Positions 38,724 through 48,849 are shown, counted from the stretch's first letter. The stretch is DNA of 64,000 nt from Candidatus Heimdallarchaeota archaeon (GCA_018238155.1 JABCTZ010000032.1:298491-362490); one strand, 5' to 3'. Program-made: numbers and translations. Notes: generated from the sequence alone by a model not told the origin.

Positions 38724-40019
38724 TCAAAATGATATTTGAGTTCCAATTGATTTTTCACCAAAAACCTCTATTGCTGCTTTTCTCACTTGTTCTCTATTTT
38801 CTTCAAAAGCATACACTCTAAAGATATAGAGCATCCCCATGAGCGATTCAAATATTCTTGATACGTTTCTAATTTTAACTCCTATTTTCTCTTGACTTAT
38901 ACCATCCCTTCTAAACATGGGTACTTCATAAGCAGGTAAATCTATTGAATGCGAATATGGAACACTAGGGAGTGTGGGAATATCGATGAATATATCTTTT
39001 GTTTTTAGGTTAGCTTTACGTGCAATTTCTTCAATTAATCTTTGACGATAATTTTCTTTGCTGAGAGTTGATTGTAAGAATTCATCTCGAGTCATAAATT
39101 CTCTTTCAAAAGCAACCTTAAGTAGATGTCTATCCGCTAATTTTTTCATCATTTTTTTGGATGATTTGCTTTCTAATAGTTTTGTCCAAACTGTAAAGTC
39201 ATCTAATTTTAAATAATCCTCTGGTGTTTTGAAATCAAGTAAACCAAGCTCTTTCTCGGCTAATTCCATTGCACGAACAATCATCAGTTGGGATGCTCTC
39301 GATACTTTATGGAAATAAATTGTTCTAAAGGATTCCACTCGAGCGATAAGAAATGCTTCAAATGCAGGTAAGGCTGAGTAATTTACTGCTAAATTTCCTT
39401 CAAATACGCCCATTGTATAGAGGATTCTCATAATATCTACTTGACCATATTCTGCTCCTGTATGATAGGAATCTCGAACAATGAAATCCATTTTATCTAC
39501 ATCACAAGCACCTGAGATAATCTGATTCAGATACCCTTTGCCCTTAATGGTTTTATTTCCATTAATTAATCCAGAAATAATATCAACATTCACTCCATTT
39601 GTTTTTAGGATATCAGAAATTTCACTTTTCTGTATAATCCATCTTGAAAGATCTTCGTGATTTTTGTTTGCTTTGGATAAAAGTGCTTCAAATGTGTGTG
39701 AGAAAGGACCGTGACCTATATCATGTAGCAAACCAGCAACCTTTACATGAGTAATATCCTTTTCAGAAAGAGTAACATTTTCATCGTTTGTAATTGAATG
39801 AGCCATTTTTTCTGCTAAATAACTAACGCCAAGAGAATGCTCGAATCGAGTATGATTTGCTCCAGGATAAACATATTCTGATCCTGAGAGTTGTTTTATT
39901 CTTCTTAGGCGTTGGAAATATCTAGTATCTATGAGTTCTCTTACTAAATCATCAACGAAAATATAACCATGAATTGGATCTTTAATGAATTGTATTTTTT
40001 TAATGTTAGATTGATTCAA
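38724..40019 (-). CDS. HD-domain phosphohydrolase (SAMHD1/dNTPase-like)
   Basis: DPIHG, FQRLRRIKQL, HTRFEHSLG, LLHDIGHGPFSH, DVDKMDF, IYFHK. Confidence 0.92.
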   Translation of the reverse strand: MNQSNIKKIQFIKDPIHGYIFVDDLVRELIDTRYFQRLRRIKQLSGSEYVYPGANHTRFEHSLGVSYLAEKMAHSITNDENVTLSEKDITHVKVAGLLHDIGHGPFSHTFEALLSKANKNHEDLSRWIIQKSEISDILKTNGVNVDIISGLINGNKTIKGKGYLNQIISGACDVDKMDFIVRDSYHTGAEYGQVDIMRILYTMGVFEGNLAVNYSALPAFEAFLIARVESFRTIYFHKVSRASQLMIVRAMELAEKELGLLDFKTPEDYLKLDDFTVWTKLLESKSSKKMMKKLADRHLLKVAFEREFMTRDEFLQSTLSKENYRQRLIEEIARKANLKTKDIFIDIPTLPSVPYSHSIDLPAYEVPMFRRDGISQEKIGVKIRNVSRIFESLMGMLYIFRVYAFEENREQVRKAAIEVFGEKSIGTQISF

Positions 40020-40151
40020 TTCCAGTTGCTCCTAATGGATCTTGATGTATTCTTTCCTGTTATTCTGTTCTATAGGCAAACATAATCCTATCCTTATAAA
40101 AAAATTTACTCAAATAGATGATGTTTATTTAAAAAAGAAGAAATAAAAGTG

Positions 40152-40176
40152 GCTGAGGGGCTTTTTTCCCCAAAGC
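40152..40176 (-). terminator. Hairpin plus T-tract after roadblock gene
   Basis: Minus strand GCT-TT-GGGG-aaaaaag-CCCC-TC-AGC followed by TTTTATTTCTTCTTTTTT. Confidence 0.45.
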
Positions 40177-40194
40177 ACTAGTAATCGTTTTTTT

Positions 40195-40593
40195 TTATGA
40201 AGATGGGACAGAACCCATTATTTGGGATAGTGTTGGAGCATGAGTTGACAAGCTCTTTACTGTTAATGGCATTGATTTCTGATCAGTGGATCCACCAATT
40301 AAATAAAATCTACCAATATCTTTCATGACCATAAAGCCATTTGCGCCTCTAAGAATAATGTCTTGTAAAGGACTAAATGATAATCGATCAAGATATAGCT
40401 TACTGGTGGAAACAAGTGCGGCAGCCATTGCTGATAGCTCAACAGGGTCGATATCTTTGTTTTGTGCAAAGAAAGCAACTCTTTCTCCTGCTTCCGAGAC
40501 AATTGCCAGAGCTCCTAGTTGTGTTTCTGCTGTAATTTGCTGTAAAACAGCTACAAGCTCTTTTGCTTTTTCTGGTGGAATTTTTATTGCCAT
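40195..40593 (-). CDS. Roadblock/LC7 domain protein
   Basis: AIVSEAGE, ELSAMAAAL, IILRGANGF. Confidence 0.85.
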   Translation of the reverse strand: MAIKIPPEKAKELVAVLQQITAETQLGALAIVSEAGERVAFFAQNKDIDPVELSAMAAALVSTSKLYLDRLSFSPLQDIILRGANGFMVMKDIGRFYLIGGSTDQKSMPLTVKSLSTHAPTLSQIMGSVPSS

Positions 40594-40625
40594 AATATCT
40601 CACACACAAATTGTTTTTTAGTTAT

Positions 40626-41636
40626 TTATTCAATTTCTATTTGGAAGGTACTCATCAAGTCCTCAATACCTTGATCAAATTGTACATCTTCTTCCTTTTT
40701 CTTAACTACTTTTTCAAGCTTCTTTAATACTTCGACAACTTTAACAACGCCATTTTCTATGACGATTCTTGGAACACGATCTGGTGCTAAGAACACTCCT
40801 TCAGGAGGATTTGGTGGGACAAGAAATTCAGTTCCTTGTTGTTTGTAAACGCCTGTTCCAACAATTACTAAATCTCTTTCATACCCTGAAGGTACTCCTA
40901 ATTCTTTTATGATCTTGAATGCATAGGATGGATCTATTTCTTCTGTCATTTTCTGTGAAGCTGGTTGTGGAGGTGGTGTTGCTGTTTGTGCTGGGGTTGG
41001 TGGAGGAGTAACTTGTTTCGCGGTTTTTTTTGCTTGAACAGGTGCTGGACGAATCATCTTAGGTTCACTGCCACCATTCATCATTTCACTTAAAATAGTC
41101 CTTTGTTTCTGAGGTTGTTTTTGACCCTGAGATTCAGGTCTCTTTGCTCTAGGACCACTTGCTGCTGCTTGGTTTGTTGGTTCAGCTCGAGAACCAGCGA
41201 ATTGGGATGCCTCTGCTTTATCTTTATCTGTATAAATTATCTTTTTGCCTGGTTCTTCCCCTCTTAATTTAAATTCAACATTCTGTTCTAATCCCATTGT
41301 AGATGGGTTTGTTGGAATTCCCCGGGTGGAACTTTCAACAACACCAACGGTTGCTTCTCCTCTTGATCTCTTAATTGTAAACTCAAATTCATTAGTTTCA
41401 TCTCCCTCTTCAACAACTGATAACCGGTAAGCAAATCCATAATAGGTTTTTCGCAATTCTGCAGCAGCTCTACTACCAATAAATTTCTTCTTTATACCAG
41501 AATTTGCTCCTTTCCATAGAAAGATTCGTTTAAATTGATCATCAACAACAATTATTACTCTTGTACTTTCTTGAATAAACTCTTTTTCTTCTTCTAAAGA
41601 GCCATCTTCAAGTACTAGATAAAATTTCATAGACAT
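40626..41636 (-). CDS. Single-domain gelsolin protein with Pro-rich linker and C-terminal domain (1DGelX-like)
   Basis: VIIVVDDQFKRIFLWKG...KKF...VVEEGDETNEF gelsolin core; TPPPTP/TPPP linker; PSGYERDLVIVG...PEGVF...PRI C-terminal domain. Confidence 0.85.
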   Translation of the reverse strand: MSMKFYLVLEDGSLEEEKEFIQESTRVIIVVDDQFKRIFLWKGANSGIKKKFIGSRAAAELRKTYYGFAYRLSVVEEGDETNEFEFTIKRSRGEATVGVVESSTRGIPTNPSTMGLEQNVEFKLRGEEPGKKIIYTDKDKAEASQFAGSRAEPTNQAAASGPRAKRPESQGQKQPQKQRTILSEMMNGGSEPKMIRPAPVQAKKTAKQVTPPPTPAQTATPPPQPASQKMTEEIDPSYAFKIIKELGVPSGYERDLVIVGTGVYKQQGTEFLVPPNPPEGVFLAPDRVPRIVIENGVVKVVEVLKKLEKVVKKKEEDVQFDQGIEDLMSTFQIEIE

Positions 41637-41776
41637 TTTAGTTTTTCTCCATTAAGCACTATATATAAAATTGATACATTTAATCTTTTATTGTTTTCTA
41701 AATATGCATATTTGATATTTATTATCATTATCCTTTATATAAAAATCCCTTTGGGCATAATTTCCCCAATTTAAAT

Positions 41777-42190
41777 CTATTCTAGGTCATAAAATTGTTT
41801 TAAAAGATCATCCACAAGAGTGATTGCCTCTGTAAACAAACTCTCGTTCTGCTCTTTGAAATTTGTCGATAAATAAACAATTTTGCTTATTGCTCTTACT
41901 ACTTTTTCAGCTAAAGCTTTAGTATAAATTTCGTTTCTTGAACCTATAACAGTTGCACTTGTTAATCCTCTTCTCCCTGTTGGAGAATCAGAATAGCTTC
42001 TCTCACTCGAGAGACCTAAGCTTGTATCAATAGGTAGAGAGAGTGCAGTTGTTCCCAATTTATTCGCTCCTAAATGGGAAATGGAGATGAAAATACCGTT
42101 CTCGAAATCTGTTGCTATAATCTGAAGATTTTCACCTTCTTGAAAATAAAATGGATGTTTGATTCTCCCTTCGATTTTTCTATTTTCCAT
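41777..42190 (-). CDS. Proteasome assembly chaperone PAC4/PAC3-like
   Basis: FENGIFISI...LGTTALSLP...SATVIG...ALAEKV...VYLSTNF follows the PSMG4-type pattern. Confidence 0.65.
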   Translation of the reverse strand: MENRKIEGRIKHPFYFQEGENLQIIATDFENGIFISISHLGANKLGTTALSLPIDTSLGLSSERSYSDSPTGRRGLTSATVIGSRNEIYTKALAEKVVRAISKIVYLSTNFKEQNESLFTEAITLVDDLLKQFYDLE

Positions 42191-42216
42191 AAATAATCAA
42201 CACATTTGAGCACTAT

Positions 42217-42696
42217 CTATTTGAGTAGATCCAATGTTAGAATAATATCAGCAACTGATTCTATAGCTGGGGAAATATCTTTATCCCATATAATTACCGC
42301 AAGGCTTTTCTTGTTTTTTATTTGAGATAGAATTGGAATTAAATTTTTATCTGCTGTTCCAATAGCAACTATGTCTATTCCATCATTATTCATCATTTCT
42401 AATGCACGAATAGAAACATGAATATCTACATCACTGCCAACAATTTCTTCACTAAATCCTTGAGCTCTCAATAAATCAGAATCTTTCTGACTAATTTGTG
42501 TGTCTGTGATTATTTTACCAGTTCGAACTATGCCAATTTGATTCAGAGATTTTTTAAGTGATTTCATTTTCGAAAAAGGGAAATCTGGAAGAATCGTAGG
42601 ACCATCAATAATTAATGCTATTTTCTTTTTATTCTCATCGGATATTATTCGTAAGGCTTTACCAACTCTATTTAATACCATTTTTTTCACCTTCAT
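42217..42696 (-). CDS. NYN/PIN domain protein (TIGR00288-like)
   Basis: IALIIDGP, SDVDIH, TADKNLIP, VAD. Confidence 0.8.
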   Translation of the reverse strand: MKVKKMVLNRVGKALRIISDENKKKIALIIDGPTILPDFPFSKMKSLKKSLNQIGIVRTGKIITDTQISQKDSDLLRAQGFSEEIVGSDVDIHVSIRALEMMNNDGIDIVAIGTADKNLIPILSQIKNKKSLAVIIWDKDISPAIESVADIILTLDLLK

Positions 42697-42708
42697 TTAA
42701 ATTGAATG

Positions 42709-43473
42709 TTATTTACCATACCTTCTTTCTCTTTGTTGAAAAATTCTTATCGCACGCCAAAGGTCAATTTTTCGGAACGCAGGCCAGTATATATCTGTAA
42801 AGTATAATTCTGAATAAGCACTTTGCCATAGTAAGAATCCACTTAACCTTTCTTCTCCAGAAGTTCTGATAATAAGATCAGGGTCTGGTAATCCTTCTGT
42901 GTAAAGGTGATTACCAATTACTTTTTCATCTACTTCTTCTAAAGTTAACTCATTCTTCTGTACTTTTTTGATTACTTTTTTAACCGCATCAACTATTTCT
43001 GCTCTCCCACCATAACTGATTGCAATATTTAATTGAAAATTATCGTAGTCTTTCGTGCATTCTTCAATTTCATCAATTGATTTGTTGATCTTATCTGGAA
43101 GAGTCTCTCTACGACCAATAACCTTTACTTTTACTTTGTTTTTCACAATTAAGGGTTCACTTCTCAATTGATGCAATTTTTCAACTAATAATTCCATTAT
43201 ACGTTGTACTTCTTCAGGAGCTCTCGAGAAATTTTCAGTAGAGAATGCATAAATAGTAATAATTTTGACTCCTATTTTCCAAGACCAATTAAGTAGTTCC
43301 TCTACTTTTTGTGCACCGAAAGCATGTCCATCTTTTTCATCTAAACCCTTTTTTCGAGCAAATCTTCTATTTCCATCTAAAATAACACCAATATGTTGTG
43401 GTTTTGGAAATTTTTTAACTTGTTTCCATAATCTATTTTCATAAATAGTATAGATAGGATTTTTGATTTTCAT
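42709..43473 (-). CDS. uppS: cis-prenyltransferase (polyprenyl diphosphate synthase)
   Basis: HIGVILDGNRR, YAFSTENFSR, YGGRAEI, RTSGEERLSGFLLWQ, RRYG. Confidence 0.96.
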   Translation of the reverse strand: MKIKNPIYTIYENRLWKQVKKFPKPQHIGVILDGNRRFARKKGLDEKDGHAFGAQKVEELLNWSWKIGVKIITIYAFSTENFSRAPEEVQRIMELLVEKLHQLRSEPLIVKNKVKVKVIGRRETLPDKINKSIDEIEECTKDYDNFQLNIAISYGGRAEIVDAVKKVIKKVQKNELTLEEVDEKVIGNHLYTEGLPDPDLIIRTSGEERLSGFLLWQSAYSELYFTDIYWPAFRKIDLWRAIRIFQQRERRYGK

Positions 43474-43682
43474 ATACTGCCAACAACCACTTCACGATTG
43501 CTATTCTATTAACTCATATATTTTTTGTTGTATAGATGCTATATCTTTTCTATCTTATTTTAACCTTTTTTAGTAAAATGGCAATTCAAATTTAAGAATT
43601 CTCTTAAAAAATTAAGAGGCTAATAATATTTTATTATTCACTTTCATAATTAGAATTTGAAAACTAATATATTCTTAAAACG

Positions 43683-43731
43683 AAAAAAGAAAAGAATAGA
43701 AGAAAAGTTACTTGCTGTAAATAAACAGCAA
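43683..43731 (-). terminator. Hairpin plus T-tract after roadblock gene
   Basis: TTGCTGT-6 nt-ACAGCAA (43712-43731) followed on the minus strand by a long T-rich tract. Confidence 0.55.
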
Positions 43732-43751
43732 AGTTAGTCTCAAATAATGAA

Positions 43752-44183
43752 TTATAAGATATCAGCTATTTTTCTTGCTGCTCTACCCATTTCGAGGAAG
43801 ATCAAACCAAGTTTGGCATCTTTTCGGGAGCTAACAGTTAAAACAGCATTTGGACCTGCGTTCATTGAAATAATGGTACCTTCTGACCCTTCAATGAAAA
43901 CTCTTTCAATGTGACCTTTCTTCATTTCCTCAATAACTCTTTCACCTAATGACAACATTGCTGCTGTCATAGCGGCTAATCGTGTTTCTTCTATATCACG
44001 AGGTAATGCTGAAGCTATGGGTAAACCTTCAACGCTAACTACGGCTGCTGCTTCGATTTCTGGAACTGATGTTTCCAATTCTTTTAGTAAGTTGTTGAGC
44101 TCTGTGTTTCTTCCACCAGCTGATCCGAAACCGATTACTGAGAGTAAATCTTCTCTTGAAACTTGTTCATCTTTTCGCTGCAA
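43752..44183 (-). CDS. Roadblock/LC7 (MglB-like) protein
   Basis: IEAAAVVSVEGLPIASALP, AAMTAAMLSLGER, KLGLIF. Confidence 0.95.
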   Translation of the reverse strand: MQRKDEQVSREDLLSVIGFGSAGGRNTELNNLLKELETSVPEIEAAAVVSVEGLPIASALPRDIEETRLAAMTAAMLSLGERVIEEMKKGHIERVFIEGSEGTIISMNAGPNAVLTVSSRKDAKLGLIFLEMGRAARKIADIL

Positions 44184-44535
44184 TTCTACACCTTCTGAGG
44201 ATTAAATTGGTCAATATTCTTTTGACATTAATATTCTTTGTATATAGGTATATGTTGATTTAAGTATTAAACTATAAATCTTACCTACATATCATTTAAT
44301 GTACTACAAATAAAACATACACTATAAAAAAACTTCGAAAGGGGTCTTTTTTTTGTATAACAATAATCTATCGTTATTTTATCAATAATAGCTCTAATTT
44401 TCTTAATGTTTTACTCTTTTTGTATTATACTTGAATTTAGATAATAATAATCACAGAATAATTTTCTATTACTTCGAATCATTTATTAATGTGTGAAAAA
44501 CCAACTCAATTGACTCAATCTGGTGAGAATTATCC

Positions 44536-45198
44536 TTGAAGTATAAGAAACTATTACCTATCACAGCAACGATTGCAATTACAATACTATTGTTTGTAAA
44601 TGGTGTTGGAAAAACTACCGCTGAAACGCCATTGAATAATGTAATAGTATATATGGTACCCGATATAGTTGAACCACATGTAGGTCAATTAGTAAATACT
44701 ACAGTTGTTTTTAGAAATGCACTCAATAGTACAGATAATTTGTATAATACTACAATAAGATTTGATGCAACGAGTTCATTCAATATCTCAGATGTTTATG
44801 GTGTTTCAAGTAATATGACCTTTTACAATTCCACAGATTACTATTTAGATGTAAATAATACAGAACCATTATTCTATTGGGATGTAGATTCTGTTAACGT
44901 CACCTGGGCAAATATATTGCCTGATACATTTCAATCATTCTGGTTTATTGCGAATTGTACAGAAGAAGGTTATGTTGGAATTAATAATTTGAATGTTACT
45001 TACTACCATAATAATGAAAGGAAATCATTTATTGGGCAAGCGTTTTCATTTGAAATCTCTCCAATACCTTCAACACCACGTTTGGATGTTCCAATTAGAT
45101 CACCTCAAAATTGGTCTTGGTGGTTGATTGGTGGAATAATCATTGGTGTTCCATTGGTTGTTATTATAATTACAAGAATTACATTATGGAAACGTTAA
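44536..45198 (+). CDS. TRAP-beta (SSR2)-like type I membrane glycoprotein
   Basis: Signal peptide; NVTWANILP...EGY...NVTY; SPQNWSWW...IGVPL TM; many N-x-S/T sequons. Confidence 0.65.
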   Translation: MKYKKLLPITATIAITILLFVNGVGKTTAETPLNNVIVYMVPDIVEPHVGQLVNTTVVFRNALNSTDNLYNTTIRFDATSSFNISDVYGVSSNMTFYNSTDYYLDVNNTEPLFYWDVDSVNVTWANILPDTFQSFWFIANCTEEGYVGINNLNVTYYHNNERKSFIGQAFSFEISPIPSTPRLDVPIRSPQNWSWWLIGGIIIGVPLVVIIITRITLWKR

Positions 45199-45217
45199 TT
45201 GTTTCCATTTTAATATT

Positions 45218-46312
45218 TCACTTTTCAATTATTTTCTTGTATAATGATTCATATTGAGGAATGATTTTATCAGGATGGAATACTTCCTTAGCTCGTTGAG
45301 CTGAAGCCTTTCCTAATTTCTTTCTTAAAGTTTCATCTTCAATCATAACGTTCATATATTTAGCTAAGGCATCAATATCTCCTGGTTCAACAACAAAACC
45401 AGTTTTTTCATGCTCTACAACTTCAGGTAAACCACCTGCATTTGAAGAAATAACCGGTATATTGCATGCCATAGCTTCTAAAGCTGCTAAACCAAAGCTT
45501 TCTTTTTCAGAAGGAATGACAAAAACATCAGTAAAACATAAAACACGAGGAACATTTAGAAGACTTCCTCTGAATGTAATCTTGTCATTAATACCTAAGG
45601 ATATTGCTAAGTCTTGGCAATATTCTCGTTCTGGTCCTTCTCCAATCATTTCTAATCTGACATGATCAAATTTCTCTGCTTCGATTGCAAATGCTTTGAC
45701 AATATCTGGTGAGCGTTTCACTTTTCGAAAGTTAGAAACATGACAGAAAACAACTTCCTCTTTTTCTGGCTTTTTAATTTTGGAAAATTTCTTGGGATCT
45801 ACGAAATTATATATAACTTCAATGTCTTTTTCCATATCATAATTATCAACTACGAATTGTTTCATCCATTTTGATACTGTTGTTAATGCATCATGATTGT
45901 TTAAACTATTAACTAAAATCGGTTTGTAAGCATCATCGAGACCTAGAAGATGCATGTCAGAACCATGAATTGTCGATATGATTTTCGCTTTATTATTACT
46001 CAATTTTGCAAGATACAAGGATGTTGCATGAGGGATTGCGTAATGACCATGGAGAATATCCAATTCATGTTCATTAACTAATTTGTGCAATAGAGATGCT
46101 AAAATAATGGTGTATGGTTTGTACTTGAAAAGAGGATATGATAAAATGTTTACTTCATGAAAAATAAAATCCTCTTCCAGTTTTAATCTCTCAGGTATTT
46201 GATAGGAAATAAAATGAACTTCATGTCCTCTTTTTTGAAGTTCTAATCCCAATTCAGTTCCAACAATACCACTACCACCAAAAGTCGGATAATTGATTAT
46301 GCCAATTTTCAT
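45218..46312 (-). CDS. bshA: N-acetyl-alpha-D-glucosaminyl L-malate synthase
   Basis: YPTFGGSGIVGTELG, YPLF, HYAIPHA, HGSD, HVSNFRKVKR, ESFGLAALEAMAC. Confidence 0.95.
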   Translation of the reverse strand: MKIGIINYPTFGGSGIVGTELGLELQKRGHEVHFISYQIPERLKLEEDFIFHEVNILSYPLFKYKPYTIILASLLHKLVNEHELDILHGHYAIPHATSLYLAKLSNNKAKIISTIHGSDMHLLGLDDAYKPILVNSLNNHDALTTVSKWMKQFVVDNYDMEKDIEVIYNFVDPKKFSKIKKPEKEEVVFCHVSNFRKVKRSPDIVKAFAIEAEKFDHVRLEMIGEGPEREYCQDLAISLGINDKITFRGSLLNVPRVLCFTDVFVIPSEKESFGLAALEAMACNIPVISSNAGGLPEVVEHEKTGFVVEPGDIDALAKYMNVMIEDETLRKKLGKASAQRAKEVFHPDKIIPQYESLYKKIIEK

Positions 46313-46351
46313 CTTAATATCTATCCTCGAATATAATTAATCATTATTCAT

Positions 46352-47035
46352 TTATTTATTTATTATTGTTTTCCATTTATCAACCTTTAACGAATCTCTT
46401 ATCATAAAGGCTTCTCCAAATGAAACATCAATTAATGAACCATAATAGACACATCTTTCTACCAAAGGAAATGGAAGGTATACTTTTGAAAATTCTTTAA
46501 ATTGAGATTTGTGACTCATGATTGCTTCTTTTTTTCGTTCAAAAAAATCACTTACATCCATAATAAATGATGGAGTAAATTGACCATTTAATTCATAATA
46601 GATAAGTTGTTGAATTTTATGTTGGGGATATTCAAGTTTGAATTTTTTCAATTTTGCATAATGAGCTGCTTTTGTGATTATCTCAGAACTAGCAACGTGA
46701 TCTGGGTGTCTATCAATCCAATAAGGTGCTAAAACAATTTTTGGTTGATATTGGCGGATTTTCTTTGCTACAGCAAAAATGTCTTCTTGGGAAATATCTA
46801 AACCAAGATATCCATCAGGTAAACCTAGATTTTCTCTAAATTCCACGCCAAGTTTTTTTGCCGCACTTTGCGCTTCCTTCAAACGAATCTCCTTTGTACC
46901 AAGTGTACCCATTTCACCTGCTGTTAAATCAATAATACCTACTTTCAATCCTTCTACAACAGCTTTTGTTATTGCTCCTCCGGCACCAAGCTCTGCATCA
47001 TCCGGGTGCGGTCCAAAAACTAAAACATCCAACAT
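46352..47035 (-). CDS. bshB1: GlcNAc-malate deacetylase
   Basis: GPHPDDAELG, DLTAGEMGT, DRHPDH, HKSQF; start overlaps end of bshC. Confidence 0.92.
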   Translation of the reverse strand: MLDVLVFGPHPDDAELGAGGAITKAVVEGLKVGIIDLTAGEMGTLGTKEIRLKEAQSAAKKLGVEFRENLGLPDGYLGLDISQEDIFAVAKKIRQYQPKIVLAPYWIDRHPDHVASSEIITKAAHYAKLKKFKLEYPQHKIQQLIYYELNGQFTPSFIMDVSDFFERKKEAIMSHKSQFKEFSKVYLPFPLVERCVYYGSLIDVSFGEAFMIRDSLKVDKWKTIINK

Positions 47036-48627
47036 TTCAATACCACATGTTTTCCTGGTTGATCTTTTGACATGAGATTTCTCATACAATCTAGGAGATT
47101 TAATGAGTACTTGTTAAGATATTGGAAGATATTAAACATTCGTTCTTGAGGTATATCACTTGGAAATAAATAGGCTCTAGTTTTAGTTAATTGATTTGTC
47201 AAAAGTTGATTATCATTTTTAACGTATTTAATATACATCTTCTCAATATTCTTTAATTCCTTCATTATAGATTTCTTGCGATACTGTACTCGTGATCCAA
47301 GTTCCTTATTATAATCATTAAGTTCTATATTCATACGATCTAATGTTTCAGAAATATTGCTGAAATATCCTTGTAATTTTTGTTCGTTCTCATTTGTAAC
47401 GAGTTTTGTGCTCAATCTATTCAAATCACGGAGCTCTGTAATTGAAAACTTATATTTCTCAATTATTTTGTTAATGTGTTTTTCAATTACTGTTGCTCCC
47501 ATTCTAAAAACGATATTAGGTTGGGTTAAATCAAATTCCTTATATAAATCTTTGATTTGAATATGATATCCAATCTCTGAAGGACCTCCCACAAAAACAT
47601 GTGTTGGAATCATTAAATCTTGAGCAAGAGGACGAAAGATAGCATTGGTACTGAATTGTTCAGGATGAGCTTGAACTTCATTAAGAATTTCTTCTCGAGT
47701 AAATGATTTGCCATCAGATAATTCATATATTCCATTTTCTTTCAGTGTTATTGTTAATCTATTTAATTCTTCATCAATGTAGAATAATCCAACAACATTC
47801 TCTTTCTTATGCATTTTAGGTTTATAACCTAAATCTGTCAATCTATTGGTAGTTTTTTGGAAGATAGTATTATATTTTATCGGATTGCTAAGGACAGCTG
47901 TAAAATAATCCTTCAAATGAGGTCGTAGAATTTTCGGTTCCAGTATAATAAGTCCCCATTGTCCCATTAAGTAAGAAAGTGTCCTGCTAAAGAATTCACC
48001 CCATTTCTCTGACTTTTTGAGTATGCCACTTAGTTTTTCAAAAATAGAATCAGTAAATTCCGTTTCTGTTAATGAATTTTTCATTTTATTGATAAGAGAA
48101 TCTAACTTACTGTGTTCAATTAGAACATTTTCTAAACTTTTTCCTAACAAAGCACTACTATCGAACTTAATCTGCTCAACATCATTGTTTTTATTTAAAA
48201 CCCAAATATTATCTACTTCTTCTATATCATGATCTTCAGAAGCATTCCAAAAAAGGGGTATCAGCTTTACATCATCTGTAGAATACTTTTTAGCATAATT
48301 TATTGCCGAGAATGTTTTATAGATTGTATACATATGTCCTGTAAACAGACCTGATTGTTGTCCAGTAATAACGAATTTTATCTTCTCATTTTCAATTGAT
48401 TCAATATTTTCAAAGACCATACTTTGAGCATCAATTGATTTATTATATTTCATTAAAATATCTTTTAATATTCCTCTATCTCCTCGATATTTGACTGGAT
48501 GCATTTTATCATAAATGCCTCCAAAGAATTTTGACATTGGTTCTTTTCTATAAATATAATCTAATAACATTGAATTTGGATACATCAATTTTAAATCCAA
48601 TAAATCAAGCTTTACTTCTTCTGCCAT
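47020..48627 (-). CDS. bshC: Bacillithiol cysteine-adding enzyme
   Basis: TGQQSGLFTG, YTIYK, FWNASEDHD, STNAIFRPLAQD, GGPSEIGY, PQER. Confidence 0.93.
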   Translation of the reverse strand: MAEEVKLDLLDLKLMYPNSMLLDYIYRKEPMSKFFGGIYDKMHPVKYRGDRGILKDILMKYNKSIDAQSMVFENIESIENEKIKFVITGQQSGLFTGHMYTIYKTFSAINYAKKYSTDDVKLIPLFWNASEDHDIEEVDNIWVLNKNNDVEQIKFDSSALLGKSLENVLIEHSKLDSLINKMKNSLTETEFTDSIFEKLSGILKKSEKWGEFFSRTLSYLMGQWGLIILEPKILRPHLKDYFTAVLSNPIKYNTIFQKTTNRLTDLGYKPKMHKKENVVGLFYIDEELNRLTITLKENGIYELSDGKSFTREEILNEVQAHPEQFSTNAIFRPLAQDLMIPTHVFVGGPSEIGYHIQIKDLYKEFDLTQPNIVFRMGATVIEKHINKIIEKYKFSITELRDLNRLSTKLVTNENEQKLQGYFSNISETLDRMNIELNDYNKELGSRVQYRKKSIMKELKNIEKMYIKYVKNDNQLLTNQLTKTRAYLFPSDIPQERMFNIFQYLNKYSLNLLDCMRNLMSKDQPGKHVVLKCWMF

Positions 48628-48820
48628 TAATTTCACTTCGTAATACAATAATAATAACCCTTGAGAATATTCATTAAAGATTTGGTTAACTTATTTAACC
48701 TTGAAATTCTTTTTAGAAATGAACTGTATAAATAATTGCAGTTCTTCTAGTTAAAAAGTAACTAACTCTTAACCTATTAAAGTTAGCACAATCTGAGTTT
48801 AAAAGATAAGAAATTTTTAG

Positions 48821-48849
48821 CGAAAGGAAATCATAATGATGTCCTTCCG
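48821..48849 (-). terminator. Hairpin downstream of the NfnA-like gene
   Basis: Minus strand CGGAAGGA-C-ATCA-tta-TGAT-T-TCCTTTCG, preceded by a T-tract right after the stop. Confidence 0.4.

Noticed and set aside
40117-40156. ATGATGT...CTGA second C/D-like pair
   Set aside because: The interior is low-complexity A-rich and is better explained as the minus-strand terminator T-tract.
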